A model generated the notes under the pieces. It saw only the letters and a program-made list of their open reading frames with translations. It made no database searches and had not been told where the DNA came from. Position numbers and translations under genes: made by a program. Positions 49,057-60,730 of a stretch of 64,000 nt of DNA are shown here, piece by piece (position 1 is the stretch's first letter; every line of letters starts with the position of its first letter). This DNA comes from a virus: positions 1 through 64,000 of IMG/VR virus record IMGVR_UViG_3300037470_000672; one strand, given 5' to 3'.

Positions 49057-51313
49057 TCACTCAACGCTGGCTGCCGGGTCGGGGCCAAAGATCAGCTCGG
49101 GCCAACCCGTCAGCTCCTTGGCTACCTGGGAACCTGTGTACGACAGACAATCAGCAAAGCCGAGGAGCTTCATGGCGAGGAGGAGGATGCGGCGCTCATG
49201 ATCTGTTGTAGGTATTCGCTCTTCCGCCCACTTCGCTTGCGCCAAGATCGACGCGCATTGCCGCGCCAGCTTGCGCTGGGGGAACCGCGCGAGAAACGTC
49301 CCGCTTTGCCGGTGGGTGAGGTTCCACCGCGGTCCGCGGTGGCTTTCTTCGCGGATGACTGCCCATCCGCCGATCAGTTCTGCCTGACGTTCTTCGCGTT
49401 CCCCCTGCCCGAGAAGGATCTCCACCATCCCCTTCACCATCTTGGGCGTCTGGTGCTCCTGGCAGATTTCGTTGACCCGCAGACGCCTGGCGTCCTCCTG
49501 CCGACGCGCCTTGGCTGCACCGGAACGCTCGTCCTTGTCCGCTTGTCGGGCTTGTTCGATGTCCAGCTTCCCCCGATCGTTGTAGACGACGAAGTCTACA
49601 TGGCTGGTACGGAGGAACTTTCGCAGCCCTTGCAGGTAGGCGTCCCCAGAGATGGAAGTGCTCTCCTGTTGTCGCCACACGCCCCCATCCCAGTTGAGAA
49701 CTACATGCTCGAACCCGCCCACCGTCTGGCGGTAGACGTCTGCCCAGCCATGCGCGACCTCTGCCACGCCGCGGTGCCCCAAGAGAAAGGACCACCGAGC
49801 CAGGAAGTTTAGGACGTCTTTGCCGGGCTTGGAGCCGAGACAGCCGGTCACTTGTGAAACCTAAGATCCCGGTCCGACCATCGGCTCGTGTAGTCAAGGA
49901 GGCCATCGAAGCCGACCGACGCATCATCGCCGTTGGCGAGCCACTTCGCAATGTCAGCCACCGCCTCCTGAAAACGATCTGGGATGTCATCCTCTCCGCT
50001 AAGATCCGAGAGGATCGCAACACCAAGCCGCACCCTCGCGTCGCTGATCGGTTGCTGTAGAAAATGCGTCCGGAGCGCATCATAGGCGATGGTGATCTCG
50101 TCACACTTCTCGTGGAGACTGCGCATACGGTCCATCAGGAAGAAGCGGAACGTGACCGTCCAATACCAGACCTCCGGGCTCTCGGGGTCGACCACCTCAG
50201 CCTTGAGCACGTCGATCACGCCGTCCAGGTCGACCTCCCAACACCTTCCGTCGGGGTCGGTCATTTCGACGCCCACGTACTCGAACGTCATGGACGCGGG
50301 ACCCTCCGACGATTTGAACCGAAACACGACGGTGGCGTCGTGTTTCAGGTCTTGGGTCGGAAACGGCATCGCTTCAACGCCGCGCTCGATTGCTTCGCCG
50401 AAATAATCAAAAACGGAGCCGAACCGCTCGTGCCTGTGCGGGAGAACTTCCAGAATGTTGACGTCGTCGGCCACGGTCCCTCCTAGGGGATGTAGAACAC
50501 CGGGTCACCGTACTCGTCGTCGTACGGCTGGACGATCTCTGCGTCCGTCTTGGGGCGCGGGGCGCAGGCACGAAGGAACTTCCCGTCCTTGTCCTGCTCG
50601 TGGCGCGCCGCGAGCCACTTCGGGTCGGCGACGCGGCGCAGCATCTCACACAGCTCCCGCACTTCTTTGCGGGTGACGCCCTCCTTGAGCTTCATGAGGA
50701 CTGCGTGGCGCCTCATGTCTTCCTCCTTCATGGACAAGTCCCTGATCTGTTGACAATCCTAAGTGCATAGGGGGTTTAGGTCAAGAAAAACGGCAGATCT
50801 GTTGTGACCGGTATCACCAGCAGATCAGCGCGTGGGCGGGCCGAACAACAGGTCCACCACCTTGCGCCACCAGGGCCGCCGCCCCGGCTCTACCTTCACC
50901 AACGACCGGGAAAGCTCAGGAGCGCGAACCTCGCTGTCGTCGTACTTCCAAGGGCCTATGCGGCACAACTTCACGCGGGACTGTAAGTCCGCCCACGCCA
51001 ACAACTCGTCGTTGAGCCACCGCAGGCCGGCCTTTTCTGCTTCACCGTAGGATCGCTCGGTGCCCGCGCTCTGCTTGCGATAACCAGTGTGGAAGAGCAA
51101 CTCCGTCTTCCACACGGTGGTGCTTTTCTCCCGCATGACTCGGACTTGGCCTATCCAGCGGCCTTGGGGGTCTTCGATCACGCCCAGCCGGCCGCCCCCG
51201 GCGCCACCGGGTACGCGCGCCCATTCCATCTTCAAGCGCCCCTGCGGAAGAAACTCCGGGGCGATGCGCTTGACGAGTAAACTGTGCTGGTGTGCGCGGA
51301 GATTGAGACCCAT
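49057..51313 (-). other. Hypothetical ORFs 49057-49851, 49848-50474, 50483-50737, 50825-51313
   Basis: Colinear ORFs; the first three lie behind the promoter at 50756-50784 and may be co-transcribed with the csf operon. Confidence 0.65.
50756..50784 (-). promoter_or_regulatory. Sigma70-type promoter, candidate driver of the type IV-B operon
   Basis: TTGACC-17-TAGGAT. Confidence 0.7.
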
Positions 51314-51598
51314 CGCGAGAACCTTATGTGAAAATGGAAGCTGGGTCTGAAATATGAAGCCTTATTGGTCGTGGTAGAGGTCGTAACCTAGTGTCCCCAG
51401 GGCTGGTAGTAGCCAGGCTGTTTACGAGGTTGTTGGGGTTGTTGGAGCCGGCGCTCTACCGCTTGTCGAACGTGCTTCAGCTCGTCCACCCCCTGCTGGC
51501 AGCCTGTATCCGAGCATCGGGAATCCCGAGCAGCTCACGGACCTTCTGTGCGTCCTGCGATGAGATGTTCACCCTGTTACCGTAGTATCGGAGTGGGC

Positions 51599-53974
51599 CT
51601 ACAGAATCTCGCACTGCCCGCCCGCGCAGGCCACCGTCCCCTGGATGTGGTCGTTCGTGTCGTCCTCCACCGCCATCTGCGCGTAGTCGACGTCGACGAA
51701 CTCCCGCTTGAGATCTTCCCAGAGCTTGATGTTGTTCACGTGCTTGAGGCAGCGCGTCATCTTGCGCACGTCCCCCTCGAAGTGGCGCTCGGCGAACTGG
51801 TTTGCCCGTCGGATCCAGTCCTTCTTCAACCGCATCCGTTCGACCCTGGCGCCGATCTCGTCGGCCTGCTGCGCAAGCTCCACTGCGGCTGAGATTTCCT
51901 TCGTCAACGTAGACGCACCACGGCTTTGGAGAAGGCGCTCCACCTTCTCCTCAGCCCGCTCTGCACTGGTCCTGGCGATGTCGTAGGCCACCTCCAGCTT
52001 GGTGTCTTCCAGGGTTTTTAGCCCCAGCGCGTGCTCGCAGGCGTCCCAGAGATTTCCGTCGTAGGCGTGCTGGCCATCTACGATGAGCCCAGATGCCATG
52101 ATGGCGCCGTTCCCGTATTCAGCCACAACCTCTTCTACCATCGGGACGGCGACGAAGGGGGCCTGGGGGTAGTCCAAGTCCCCTGACGCAGGAAGAAGGG
52201 ATACTCCGGCCAAGTGGAGACGGTTTTCGTAGATGAACCGGCCGACCTTCTCCCATTCCCCCTCACCCACTTCGACCGTGTTGGAAACGTTGTGGGAGAG
52301 CCATGGTTGGGTGCAGCGTGAGGGCACTTTACCGGCGTCCACCCAATGCTTCTTGGTGCTCAGCACCCGTTCGAGCAGCCCGATAGCGCCCACCTGGGCC
52401 TTGGTCAGCGCGTCTTTGCCGGGCTCGATGAGGAAGGTGATGACCTCGGTCTTGCCGTTGGGGTCCCAAACGGACTTCTCACAAGCACGCAGGTTGTGCA
52501 TCTTGAAAAGCTGGTAGGCCGGCTCGTTGATGTTGGCCTGCACCCGACGAAGGACGCGGCGGGCGTGGTGTCCGTGGATCCCGGAAGCGGACTTGAGGAC
52601 ACAACTCCCCGTACCTTCCGGCTTGAGACAGGTAGCACGCGCAGTCAGATTTACGCCCAGTTTGGGAGCAAGCTCCTTGTTCACCGCCAGGACGAGCTTA
52701 GCCATCTCCTCTTGGAGCGCGGGGTCGAAAGCGACGTCCGGGCTGTCCATCATCCCCGTCATGGAGACACCCAGAAGCGCCTCACGACGGGTGATACGCT
52801 CGGACACCGGTCCCAGGTAGGCGAAGTCCGTGTAGCCGGCCTGTAGGGTTCCGATGATAGCGGCGGCTCGCGTAGCCCGACGGAACGTTTCATCATCGTA
52901 AATGCGCGCCATGTTCAGAGTCGACAAATTGCACATTTGCCACCCGGATTCTCCGGTTTCGGAGCATACGGGCCACATACCGATCTCCAAACATGGGTTG
53001 TAGACGATCTCTGTATCATCGCCGAAAACAAACCCCGGCTCACCCCACTCTCTTGCCAGGTTCAAGACACGCTGGAAATCCCCCCATTGGGTTTTTTCAC
53101 GAAGTAGTAACACGCTGTTGTTGCTGCGGCCTCGCTGCGGGTTCTTGTGCATCCAATCGCCGATCTTTGCTGTCATCATCTCCTGGTCTTCGGGGGAGAA
53201 TAGTGAAATCGAGGCCGACCTCCTAACTCCACCTGATAGAACCGCATCAGACTCGTGCATCACGATGTCGTAGGCGTGGATGGGCCGAAGCTGGTCCCCC
53301 TCTGCGCAGGCGCGCTCAAGGATGTCACGCGCCTTCTCCAGCGCGCGTTTGAGCGGTTCGGGGCCGGGTGCTTTACACCCGGAGGATCGAATAAGCGCCC
53401 CCTCAGGGCGGATGAGAGAAAAATCGAACTCGATATACCTGCCGCGGTACTGCGGAAAGTCGACCCTCCCACCAATGAAGTAACTCGACAGTAGAGCGCC
53501 GAAAGCGTCGGCCCACCCCTCGATGGAGTCGTCGATGGTGTGGATGACGGAACTGCCGTTCCCTTTGGGAGGGGCGATCTGAGGGAGCTTGGCGACGTGG
53601 TGCTGCTGGACAGAAAAACCCACCCCGCACCCACACAGAAGCAAAAAGACCGCCTCCTGGAAGAACCGGGGGCGGTCGCAGTAGGACGTGCAGCAGTTGT
53701 ACAGCTTGAGGTTGTGGCGCTCGATACAGTCCCCTCCGTACTGGAGCGCGCGTTGACTACCTAACACAAGCCCGTCAAGGAAAGCAGCCTCAGCAAAGTC
53801 AATCTCGTCGTCCACCCCCATACCCGCGTACTTCTTGCGGTGCATGTCGAACATGCGCTTGCCGGCTTCGGGTAGCGTTTCTCGGCGGTGCTGTTCGGGG
53901 ATGGTTCGGGCGTACTTGGAAGTGAAGACGTAGCTGCTCAAAGCTTGCTGAGTCATGCTCTGTTCACCAGACAA
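51599..53974 (-). CDS. nrdJ: Class II (B12-dependent) ribonucleotide reductase, RTPR-like
   Basis: GCGVGFS, GGVRRSA, NPCLEI, CNLST, KPEGT and C-terminal ACAGGQCEI; no beta-subunit gene nearby. Confidence 0.9.
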   Translation of the reverse strand: MSGEQSMTQQALSSYVFTSKYARTIPEQHRRETLPEAGKRMFDMHRKKYAGMGVDDEIDFAEAAFLDGLVLGSQRALQYGGDCIERHNLKLYNCCTSYCDRPRFFQEAVFLLLCGCGVGFSVQQHHVAKLPQIAPPKGNGSSVIHTIDDSIEGWADAFGALLSSYFIGGRVDFPQYRGRYIEFDFSLIRPEGALIRSSGCKAPGPEPLKRALEKARDILERACAEGDQLRPIHAYDIVMHESDAVLSGGVRRSASISLFSPEDQEMMTAKIGDWMHKNPQRGRSNNSVLLLREKTQWGDFQRVLNLAREWGEPGFVFGDDTEIVYNPCLEIGMWPVCSETGESGWQMCNLSTLNMARIYDDETFRRATRAAAIIGTLQAGYTDFAYLGPVSERITRREALLGVSMTGMMDSPDVAFDPALQEEMAKLVLAVNKELAPKLGVNLTARATCLKPEGTGSCVLKSASGIHGHHARRVLRRVQANINEPAYQLFKMHNLRACEKSVWDPNGKTEVITFLIEPGKDALTKAQVGAIGLLERVLSTKKHWVDAGKVPSRCTQPWLSHNVSNTVEVGEGEWEKVGRFIYENRLHLAGVSLLPASGDLDYPQAPFVAVPMVEEVVAEYGNGAIMASGLIVDGQHAYDGNLWDACEHALGLKTLEDTKLEVAYDIARTSAERAEEKVERLLQSRGASTLTKEISAAVELAQQADEIGARVERMRLKKDWIRRANQFAERHFEGDVRKMTRCLKHVNNIKLWEDLKREFVDVDYAQMAVEDDTNDHIQGTVACAGGQCEIL

Positions 53975-54195
53975 AAAGGTGATTAGATACTCTCATCTAT
54001 AGAGGTATCTGTGGGGCGACATTGTGTAGCTTGCCAGGTCCAGATCGAGTGAGCCGACCTTCCATCCTACTCGTGGGACCAGTCGCTGACTAGGGTGTTC
54101 TGGTCGCGCTAGGCGGTTTTCTCGACGAGAAACGTGCGGCTTGCTAGCTGCACACCCAAAAAACGCAACCGGTTAGCAGCGTTGCTTGGTGGGGC

Positions 54196-54945
54196 TCATG
54201 CGTCGCTCGATGAAAGCGCTTCTATGCTCTCGGAGGAATGGCGGATGGCCTTGGCGGCGATGCCTGCGAGCTGATCTGCACGCTCGTTTTCAGGGTGCCC
54301 AGCATGCCCTTTCACCCAGGACCACTTGATAAAGAGACCGTGGCTGAGACGGTACATCTCTTCCCAAAGAGGGCGATTGGCGACTGGGTTTCCTTGGCTA
54401 TTGAGCCATCCTCGGCGCTTCCAGCCCTCGATCCATTCCGTTATGCCTTTGAGCACGTACTCGGAGTCGGAAACGACCTTGATGGTCTTGTGGGTATCGA
54501 GGTTCTCGCGCACCCAGGTAAGACCTTTGATGACCGCCGTCATCTCAGCGATGTTGTTGGTCGCTGGTTTTGGGATGCCTCCGGAGATTTCCGCGGTCTG
54601 CCGCTGTCCATCTGCAATCCAGACAATCACGGCCGCCCACCCACCGTAGCCCCCGGGGTTCTTCGTGATGGAACCGTCGGTGTAGATGGCGACATCAGCG
54701 CCGTCGAGGCTTGAGGGGGCAATGTCTTCGGGGCGCTCTTCTACAGGCTGAGGGTGCACGGTCAGCAGCGCTGGGTAGACCTTGAGATGCTGGCCGCTGT
54801 CGCTGAGCCGTCGCTTGGCGGCAAAGGCGTCCTCTTTGGAGCGATGTAGGTCTCCGACCATTCGCCCTAGCCGCGGATCGTCGGCAAGGAGGAATACCTT
54901 GTGAACCTTGGGGATGGGAGGTCTTTTCAACTCAACTTCCAGCAT
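54196..54945 (-). CDS. rnhA: Ribonuclease HI with an N-terminal extension
   Basis: IYTDGS..NPGGYGG, TNNIAEMTA, SDSEY, WVKGHAGHPENERADQLA. Confidence 0.95.
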   Translation of the reverse strand: MLEVELKRPPIPKVHKVFLLADDPRLGRMVGDLHRSKEDAFAAKRRLSDSGQHLKVYPALLTVHPQPVEERPEDIAPSSLDGADVAIYTDGSITKNPGGYGGWAAVIVWIADGQRQTAEISGGIPKPATNNIAEMTAVIKGLTWVRENLDTHKTIKVVSDSEYVLKGITEWIEGWKRRGWLNSQGNPVANRPLWEEMYRLSHGLFIKWSWVKGHAGHPENERADQLAGIAAKAIRHSSESIEALSSSDA

Positions 54946-54979
54946 CGAAACAGTTTGAACCGGTTGGTGGGTTACTGTT

Positions 54980-55977
54980 TCACTTGGTCGTCGCTTCGAC
55001 GGGACGAAGAGGTTCCCCTGTGCGCAACCGATGGAAGAAGTACCGAAACATCTCCACCTGGAAAATGAACTGGAAGGTCAGGCCACAGACACTCGGCGGA
55101 TCGTCGGTGTGGAGCCGCATGACTTCGCGCTTCTCGTACCAGGCTTCGTAGAACGCATGCTCGTGGTCGAAGTGACGTGCGCGCACGCCGTCGACGAACT
55201 GCTTTTCCTTCTCCGCCCAAGAATCGAACTGGTCCTCCTCCAGAGCACGCTGTGCCTCCTCTGCAACCTCATCAAGGTAGCGGGTGATCAAAGCCGGCTG
55301 GAAATCTTCGATCCCTACCCGACCTGGAACCTTCTCTGCGATGTAGGTCAAGTCGTAGTCGTAACGCTGGCGAGGAAGAAGCTGCCGTTCGAGCCAAAGC
55401 ATCGCGTTGGCGTCGTTCGGCCTGAAAAAGACCTCCCCTGCGTCTCCGTAGGCCATCAGCATTCCGGGAGCGCGAAGGATCCTCATCCAGTAAGCCCAGT
55501 GGTGAGGACGTCCTTTGGGGCGTATGAAGAGCCACTGGTTCTCGTTCTCTTGCTTGACCTCGTGCTCAGCGAACACCCTCATCGCTAGCTTCCGGGCATC
55601 CTCACGAACGGACGGCAGGTAGGTAGCTCGACTCATTCGGACCCCCACAACGACGGATCGATCGGGGCGTCGTCCCCCTGGGTTTTGTCTGGCTTGATGC
55701 CCAGAACCGTTTGCTGGCGTTTACCGATGGCTTCGACAGCATCATGAGCAGGTGGATGCAATCCCATGCAGACAGCTTTGGCGTCTTCGTAGGCGTTGTT
55801 TACAGCACGTTCGACGTTCTCATTGGCGCGTCGAACCAGGGTGTCGGCGTCCTGTTGGATCTGAGTAAACAGCTCGACCACCTCATCGAAGACACAGTCG
55901 CGCATGCGGGCGCGAAGGGTTTTGGAGGTAGATTCAGCCTTGGTCAGCGCGGCTTCGACTCGTTCCTCGATCGTCAA
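54980..55977 (-). other. Two hypothetical ORFs (54980-55648, 55633-55977)
   Basis: Colinear ORFs downstream of the mini-array. Confidence 0.65.
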
Positions 55978-55988
55978 AATATACCCCT

Positions 55989-56172
55989 GTATCGGAATTC
56001 CATATATCCGAGCATCTTTTCATCCCCACGCACGCCTCGAACGCCCGTAGCTGCCCACTCGTGTCTCGGAATTTCAAGGATCCGAGCATCCTTTCAACCA
56101 GTCGAGCTACCGCACGGCGACGGTCGCGTCGCTCTTGTCTCGGAATTTCAAGGATCCGAGCATCCTTTCAAC
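55989..56172 (-). CRISPR. Mini-array of 3 repeats and 2 spacers of 38 nt directly downstream of the cas12 gene
   Basis: Repeats at 56137 and 56063 (identical) and at 55989 (degenerate, distal). The first repeat is 23 nt from the cas12 stop. Confidence 0.95.
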
Positions 56173-56195
56173 AGGATCCACCTAACCTACCGTAT

Positions 56196-57974
56196 TTACT
56201 CACCTCCATCAGCGCTTTGCAAGCGCCGCGCTTGCTGCTCTTCGAGCATCCCGCGAAATCGTTGCTGCCTTCGGGAAAGCACCTTCTTTCCACTGTCTTG
56301 ACCCTCGCGAGCGCCTTCCTCGACAGGCGTCACCGCCGGGGCTCTCGCGAGCAGGTTGTGCGCGGCGTTCTCGTCCTGATCCCACTCCGCGCCACACTGT
56401 TCACACGTGTAGCGGAGTTTGGCTGCCTGGTCCCAGGTGTTGCGGTGCTGACAGCAGTGACAATCCGTTGTCGTCCACTCGGCTGGTACCTCGGCAATAT
56501 CGGCACCTCGCCGGCCGCATGCGTTGTGGATGCGCTGGCGCAGGTCTGATACGCAGGCGACAAATCGCCCGTAGTTCTGCTTGCGCTGGTCGCGGGTGCC
56601 TTCTTCGGCATCGCCCCGCTTAGTCGCGTCACGCAGGTCAAACTTCTCCAGCACCACTCGCGAATAGGCGGTGCTGAGCGTGTTGGCGAACTGCCGGTAC
56701 ACCTCTCGTCGCTGGCGCAGAACCCGGCGCGACTCCTCAACCTCCCACTGCCCAAGGTGCAAGTCGTTGCGGCGCCACGCCTCCAGTCGCTCCACCAGGT
56801 CGGCAGGCATCTGGTCACGATGCTCGTCGTAGAGCCGCAGGACCCGTCGTGGGTTGCGCCAGAGATGGACGTGCGCGGGGTCTGCGCCCATCGCCTCGTG
56901 GTCGACTGTCTGGAGCCATGCGTGGATGCGGGGCTTGACCTCGTCGAATATCTTATCCCGCACAGCTCGGATGCTGTCTGCATGCTGGTCCTTGCGCAGC
57001 ATCATGGCGGGGAGCCGCAGCTCGCCCTCGCGGCCGAATTCGTCGACCCAGTAGGCGACGCGCAGACTGCCGTCGTCAAGTAGCCGCCAGCCGACGTCGA
57101 TCGCTACGGTGCCGTGGCCGCATGCGACCTTTTCAGGCTCGGCGTCGACGACGAACTGCACCTTCCACACGTATCGGGTCGCGCGCTTTTGGCGTAGCAA
57201 GTGGACCCACTTGATCCGTCCCGCGGGCAACGGCTGATGGTAGTCGATGGGGATGACGGCGAAGATCGGATCGCGGCCTTCGCTGCCGACGCGAAAGCGC
57301 ATCACGGTCTTCTGTAGCCGCCGGCGCCCCTTGCGCGAATCGGATTGGGCGGTCGGTCGTTCGATCCAGCAGCGCGTGTCGGGCTCGTGGATGAGCGCAG
57401 CATCCAGCCCGCCCTGAAGCTGGACCGCGAGATGTCCGTTACCGGTCCAGCGCTTGAAGTGCGGGTCCGCGATTGCTTTGCTGGCCTGTTCGACCGCCTG
57501 CTCCACGATGAGGTACGTGCCCCAGTACAGACCGGACGCAGCGCGGGCGCTTTTCACCTGGTCGGCGGCCGTCTTGTTGACGTCCGCTAGCGCCGTCTGA
57601 ACAACGGCGTCGTCCGCAATGAGTGCTTTAGCAACGCGAAGGTCGGCGCGAGCCGCCTTCAGGCGAGGCTTCAGCTCGCAGGCGCGGTCTCGCAACATCT
57701 GCGTCGCCAGCTTGGCAGCCGAGCGGGTTTGGCGACGTAGGAGGTTGATCTCCGCGCGCACGTTGTGCAGTTCATCGGCCAGTGTTTTGACCTCGCCTGC
57801 GAGCTTTTCGGTGTCGGGGTGACCTTCGAGCACTTCGCGCACCTTCTGGCGCCGCGCTCGCTCGATCTCGACAAGCGCGTTGTGATAACGATGCGCCAAG
57901 TGCATCTGATCACTGACCAGGTCAGCCATGTCAGTCGCTGTTTTAGCGCGGTACTCGTAAATACGGACTGTCAT
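56196..57974 (-). CDS. cas12m: Cas12m-like (type V-M/V-U1) compact effector, 592 aa
   Basis: LAHRYHNALVEIE, GLYWGTY, FKRWTGNGHLAVQLQ, RuvC-I VAIDVGWR, RuvC-II VVLEKFD, zinc finger CHCC..CEQC and RuvC-III WDQDENAA. These parallel MmCas12m motifs as I recall them. A cognate mini-array is adjacent. Confidence 0.85.
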   Translation of the reverse strand: MTVRIYEYRAKTATDMADLVSDQMHLAHRYHNALVEIERARRQKVREVLEGHPDTEKLAGEVKTLADELHNVRAEINLLRRQTRSAAKLATQMLRDRACELKPRLKAARADLRVAKALIADDAVVQTALADVNKTAADQVKSARAASGLYWGTYLIVEQAVEQASKAIADPHFKRWTGNGHLAVQLQGGLDAALIHEPDTRCWIERPTAQSDSRKGRRRLQKTVMRFRVGSEGRDPIFAVIPIDYHQPLPAGRIKWVHLLRQKRATRYVWKVQFVVDAEPEKVACGHGTVAIDVGWRLLDDGSLRVAYWVDEFGREGELRLPAMMLRKDQHADSIRAVRDKIFDEVKPRIHAWLQTVDHEAMGADPAHVHLWRNPRRVLRLYDEHRDQMPADLVERLEAWRRNDLHLGQWEVEESRRVLRQRREVYRQFANTLSTAYSRVVLEKFDLRDATKRGDAEEGTRDQRKQNYGRFVACVSDLRQRIHNACGRRGADIAEVPAEWTTTDCHCCQHRNTWDQAAKLRYTCEQCGAEWDQDENAAHNLLARAPAVTPVEEGAREGQDSGKKVLSRRQQRFRGMLEEQQARRLQSADGGE

Positions 57975-58024
57975 GATCTCTCTGTTTCCCTACCTAATAA
58001 AGTAGGTAGAATAAGCGCACCCTC

Positions 58025-60730
58025 TCACATGTTAAACAGCATGGTGCGCTGGACAACGCGAAAGCCGTATCCGGGTGCGATGACGATCTCTTTCGTCTCG
58101 GCGATAGGGTCGACGCGACGCGGATGGTCACAAGGAGCGACCTCGACGTGGTAGCCGTCGAGGCTTTTTCCAGGATCGTGCAAAAGAAACACCTTCCCCG
58201 CGTCAGGTGCCACACACGTCAGGTGGCCACACTTGGGACACGGGCCGTCGTTCTTGCTGTGATCATCGAGCGCTCGTCTCAACCGTCCAGTGATCTGCCC
58301 GCTACCCTTCTGCGTTCTACAAGGATGAAGGCAGAGCGATCCGTATGCCGCCATCACTGATGCGGCGTACATGCGGTCTTGCTCGCTGAGCTGGTCGGGC
58401 GCATAGCGCAGTCGCCACTGCACACCGTCTGGGTCGTCCGGGCGCGGCCAGGTGGTGGTGTCCGGCCCCCCGTCCAGGATGACGTAGGAGCCTCGGATCC
58501 GCGCGCTACCATAGGTCAAGACCGGGATGGAGTAGAGTTCCACCTCTCCTGGGTTTCCCCGCTCAACGGCGCAGTAGCAGGTGTCACAGATCCCGGGGAT
58601 GGCGTCATCGACGCCGTCGGCGCAGCCGTCTTCGTAGCAGACCTGCTTGCCGCAGCCAGGACAGACCCGGAGGTAACCCCAGCAGTAGTCTGGGACGGGA
58701 TGGTTGTGGGACTCACAGCCGGAGGGAAGGCGTAAGCGCATAGGCTCGGGAGGGCCGAGAGAGCTGGCGAAACCTTCTCGGATCCGCTGCGCCCTGATGC
58801 GTTCGCGGTCTTCTTTGGTGATCATCACTTATCCTCTGGTCGTCGGAACATCTCTCCCCATTTGATGGCGATGGATGGATCGTCGCGACCCCTAGATGCC
58901 TGGTGCATGTCAAGGATCCACTGGAGGAGGCTATCGGGCAGAAACGTTCCAGGCGGTGGTGTGTACTCCCAAGCGCCGTTTACTGGGTTGCGTGTAAGGT
59001 AACGACAGTTGACCAATTCGTTGAGTCGTTCCATCAACATGGCGTTGTGTTTGTGAGGCCCCCCGCTGCTGTGGTCGAACACATCTCCCTTCCATCCGCA
59101 CGCGATGTTGAGGAGGTCGGCGTGAAGCGTGACAGGGGCGCGTTCGTCGAGAGCAATCGAAACAAGCTGGTGCAGCTCGTTGGCTACAACGGCCACGGTC
59201 GGCGTGGTGTCCATGGGACCGGCTGTTGGGAGAACGAGCCGGCCTTCGGGTGTTCCTCTGCATAGCTGTGGCGCGATGAGGGGCATCAGGACGTCTCCGG
59301 CCAGACCGGCTCCGGCCAGATCAGCTTCTGCGCCACGTCGGTGTCAATCACTGCGTCCGCCTCATGCCAACGGCGCACCAACACGTCATCCGGGGTGTAG
59401 TAGCTGTCCTCGACTTCGTGAGCCTTGTCGATCTGTTGGAGCAGGTGCCGAAGCGCATGGACTTCCGTGGTTAGGTCTTTCGGATCGGGGGTGTCGGGCG
59501 CAGAAGTGCTGCGCTCGTTCGCAAGGATGAGCTTCTGAATCTTGGCGAAATCGGTATCGATGTCTTCGCGGTCGTCACCGAGCCGAACTCGCAGCAGCAA
59601 GATCATGTAACGCACATGCCCCAGCGTGGCTTCTGCGCGCTCGGCGCGTGCTCGCACCTCTGCCAGATCGCTCAGCAGCACGACCATTTGGTCGGGGTTA
59701 ACACACTCATTGCAGAGGATAACTTCCCCCTCTTTACCCGCTTCGACAAGAGTATTGTCCCCGCAGACGTCACAGGCACGTGTGATCATTCACTGCTCCC
59801 ACCGCCAGGATGTCTACCTTGGCGCGGCCCAACGGGTCCGGTTCCGTCTCCGAGTAGGTGAACACGGCGCCCGGGTACCCTTGACTGGTGATCCTTCCGG
59901 CCGCGTAGCTCTTGGCCTTCTGGACGTCTTCCTCCGTGCCGCAGTTCAGCCAGATGCAGGCTTTGGGCTGGACCTGCTCCACCAGGCGGGGATGGCGACC
60001 GAGGTCGGCGGCGAAAGCCTCGCCGTCCCAGACGCTAACCGTCTCGGTCCAGGCGACAACGATCACCATGACACGCGCTCCCGGCAAGCCCTACAGCTCG
60101 CCTCCTTCTTGCGGTCGCGATGGCGCCCGGCCTTGGCCGACCGTCGCATCATGGCGACGACCACCGGGTTACGGTCTTTCGGCTGCTTGCGCTTGGCCAT
60201 CTTGCACTCCTTCAGCGATCCTTCGCTGATCTGTTTCGCCTACCGTAAGACCTAGCTTTTGCCTTGTCAAGGGACAAGACCTTTGCCTGGTTCTTTTTTC
60301 GGTATTGGACCACTTCCCGCTCGGGCGGTGGTAGGCCCGTGAAGGGAACGATCGCAGGAAACCCAAACCGAGGTAGGTGCGTACAAAGCCGCTGCACCAG
60401 GATGGGGAGGCGCAAGTTCTCCGACTGCAAACCCTCAAGATCCGACATAAAAACCGTAGCTATCGGCTTGGGTAGCTCGACGGTCCAGTCCCAAAAGGCC
60501 AGCGTATGGAGACCGGAGATTTCACCCACCAGGGCTTGGCGCTCTGGGTACGCCACGTTCCGATACTCTGGCTTGGGTGGCAGCAGCTTCACCAGATGCG
60601 ATGGCGGAAAGCGCCGCTGATCTGATGGACCGCACGGCGTGAGCTGGCGGTTTTCACCTAGCTTCCAAAGCTGGTGGCGGTTGCCCTCGCGTAGAACGCC
60701 GAAGAAGTACGATTCGTGCTGCATTCTCAC
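58025..60730 (-). other. Hypothetical ORFs 58025-58828, 58825-59286, 59286-59789, 59770-60087, 60212-60730
   Basis: Chained overlaps on the minus strand. Confidence 0.65.
60213..60270 (-). promoter_or_regulatory. Sigma70-type promoter with hairpin leader
   Basis: TTGACA-17-TACGGT; CAGATCAGCGA-AGGA-TCGCTG-AAGGAG, identical to the ardC leader. Confidence 0.85.

Noticed and set aside
51508-51518. ATCCGAGCATC, an 11-nt match to the repeat
   Set aside because: Flanks do not match and no hairpin partner is present; probably chance
54000-54190. Possible cobalamin riboswitch or NrdR boxes upstream of nrdJ
   Set aside because: Riboswitch consensus elements are absent and only a partial ACACAAT resembles an NrdR box
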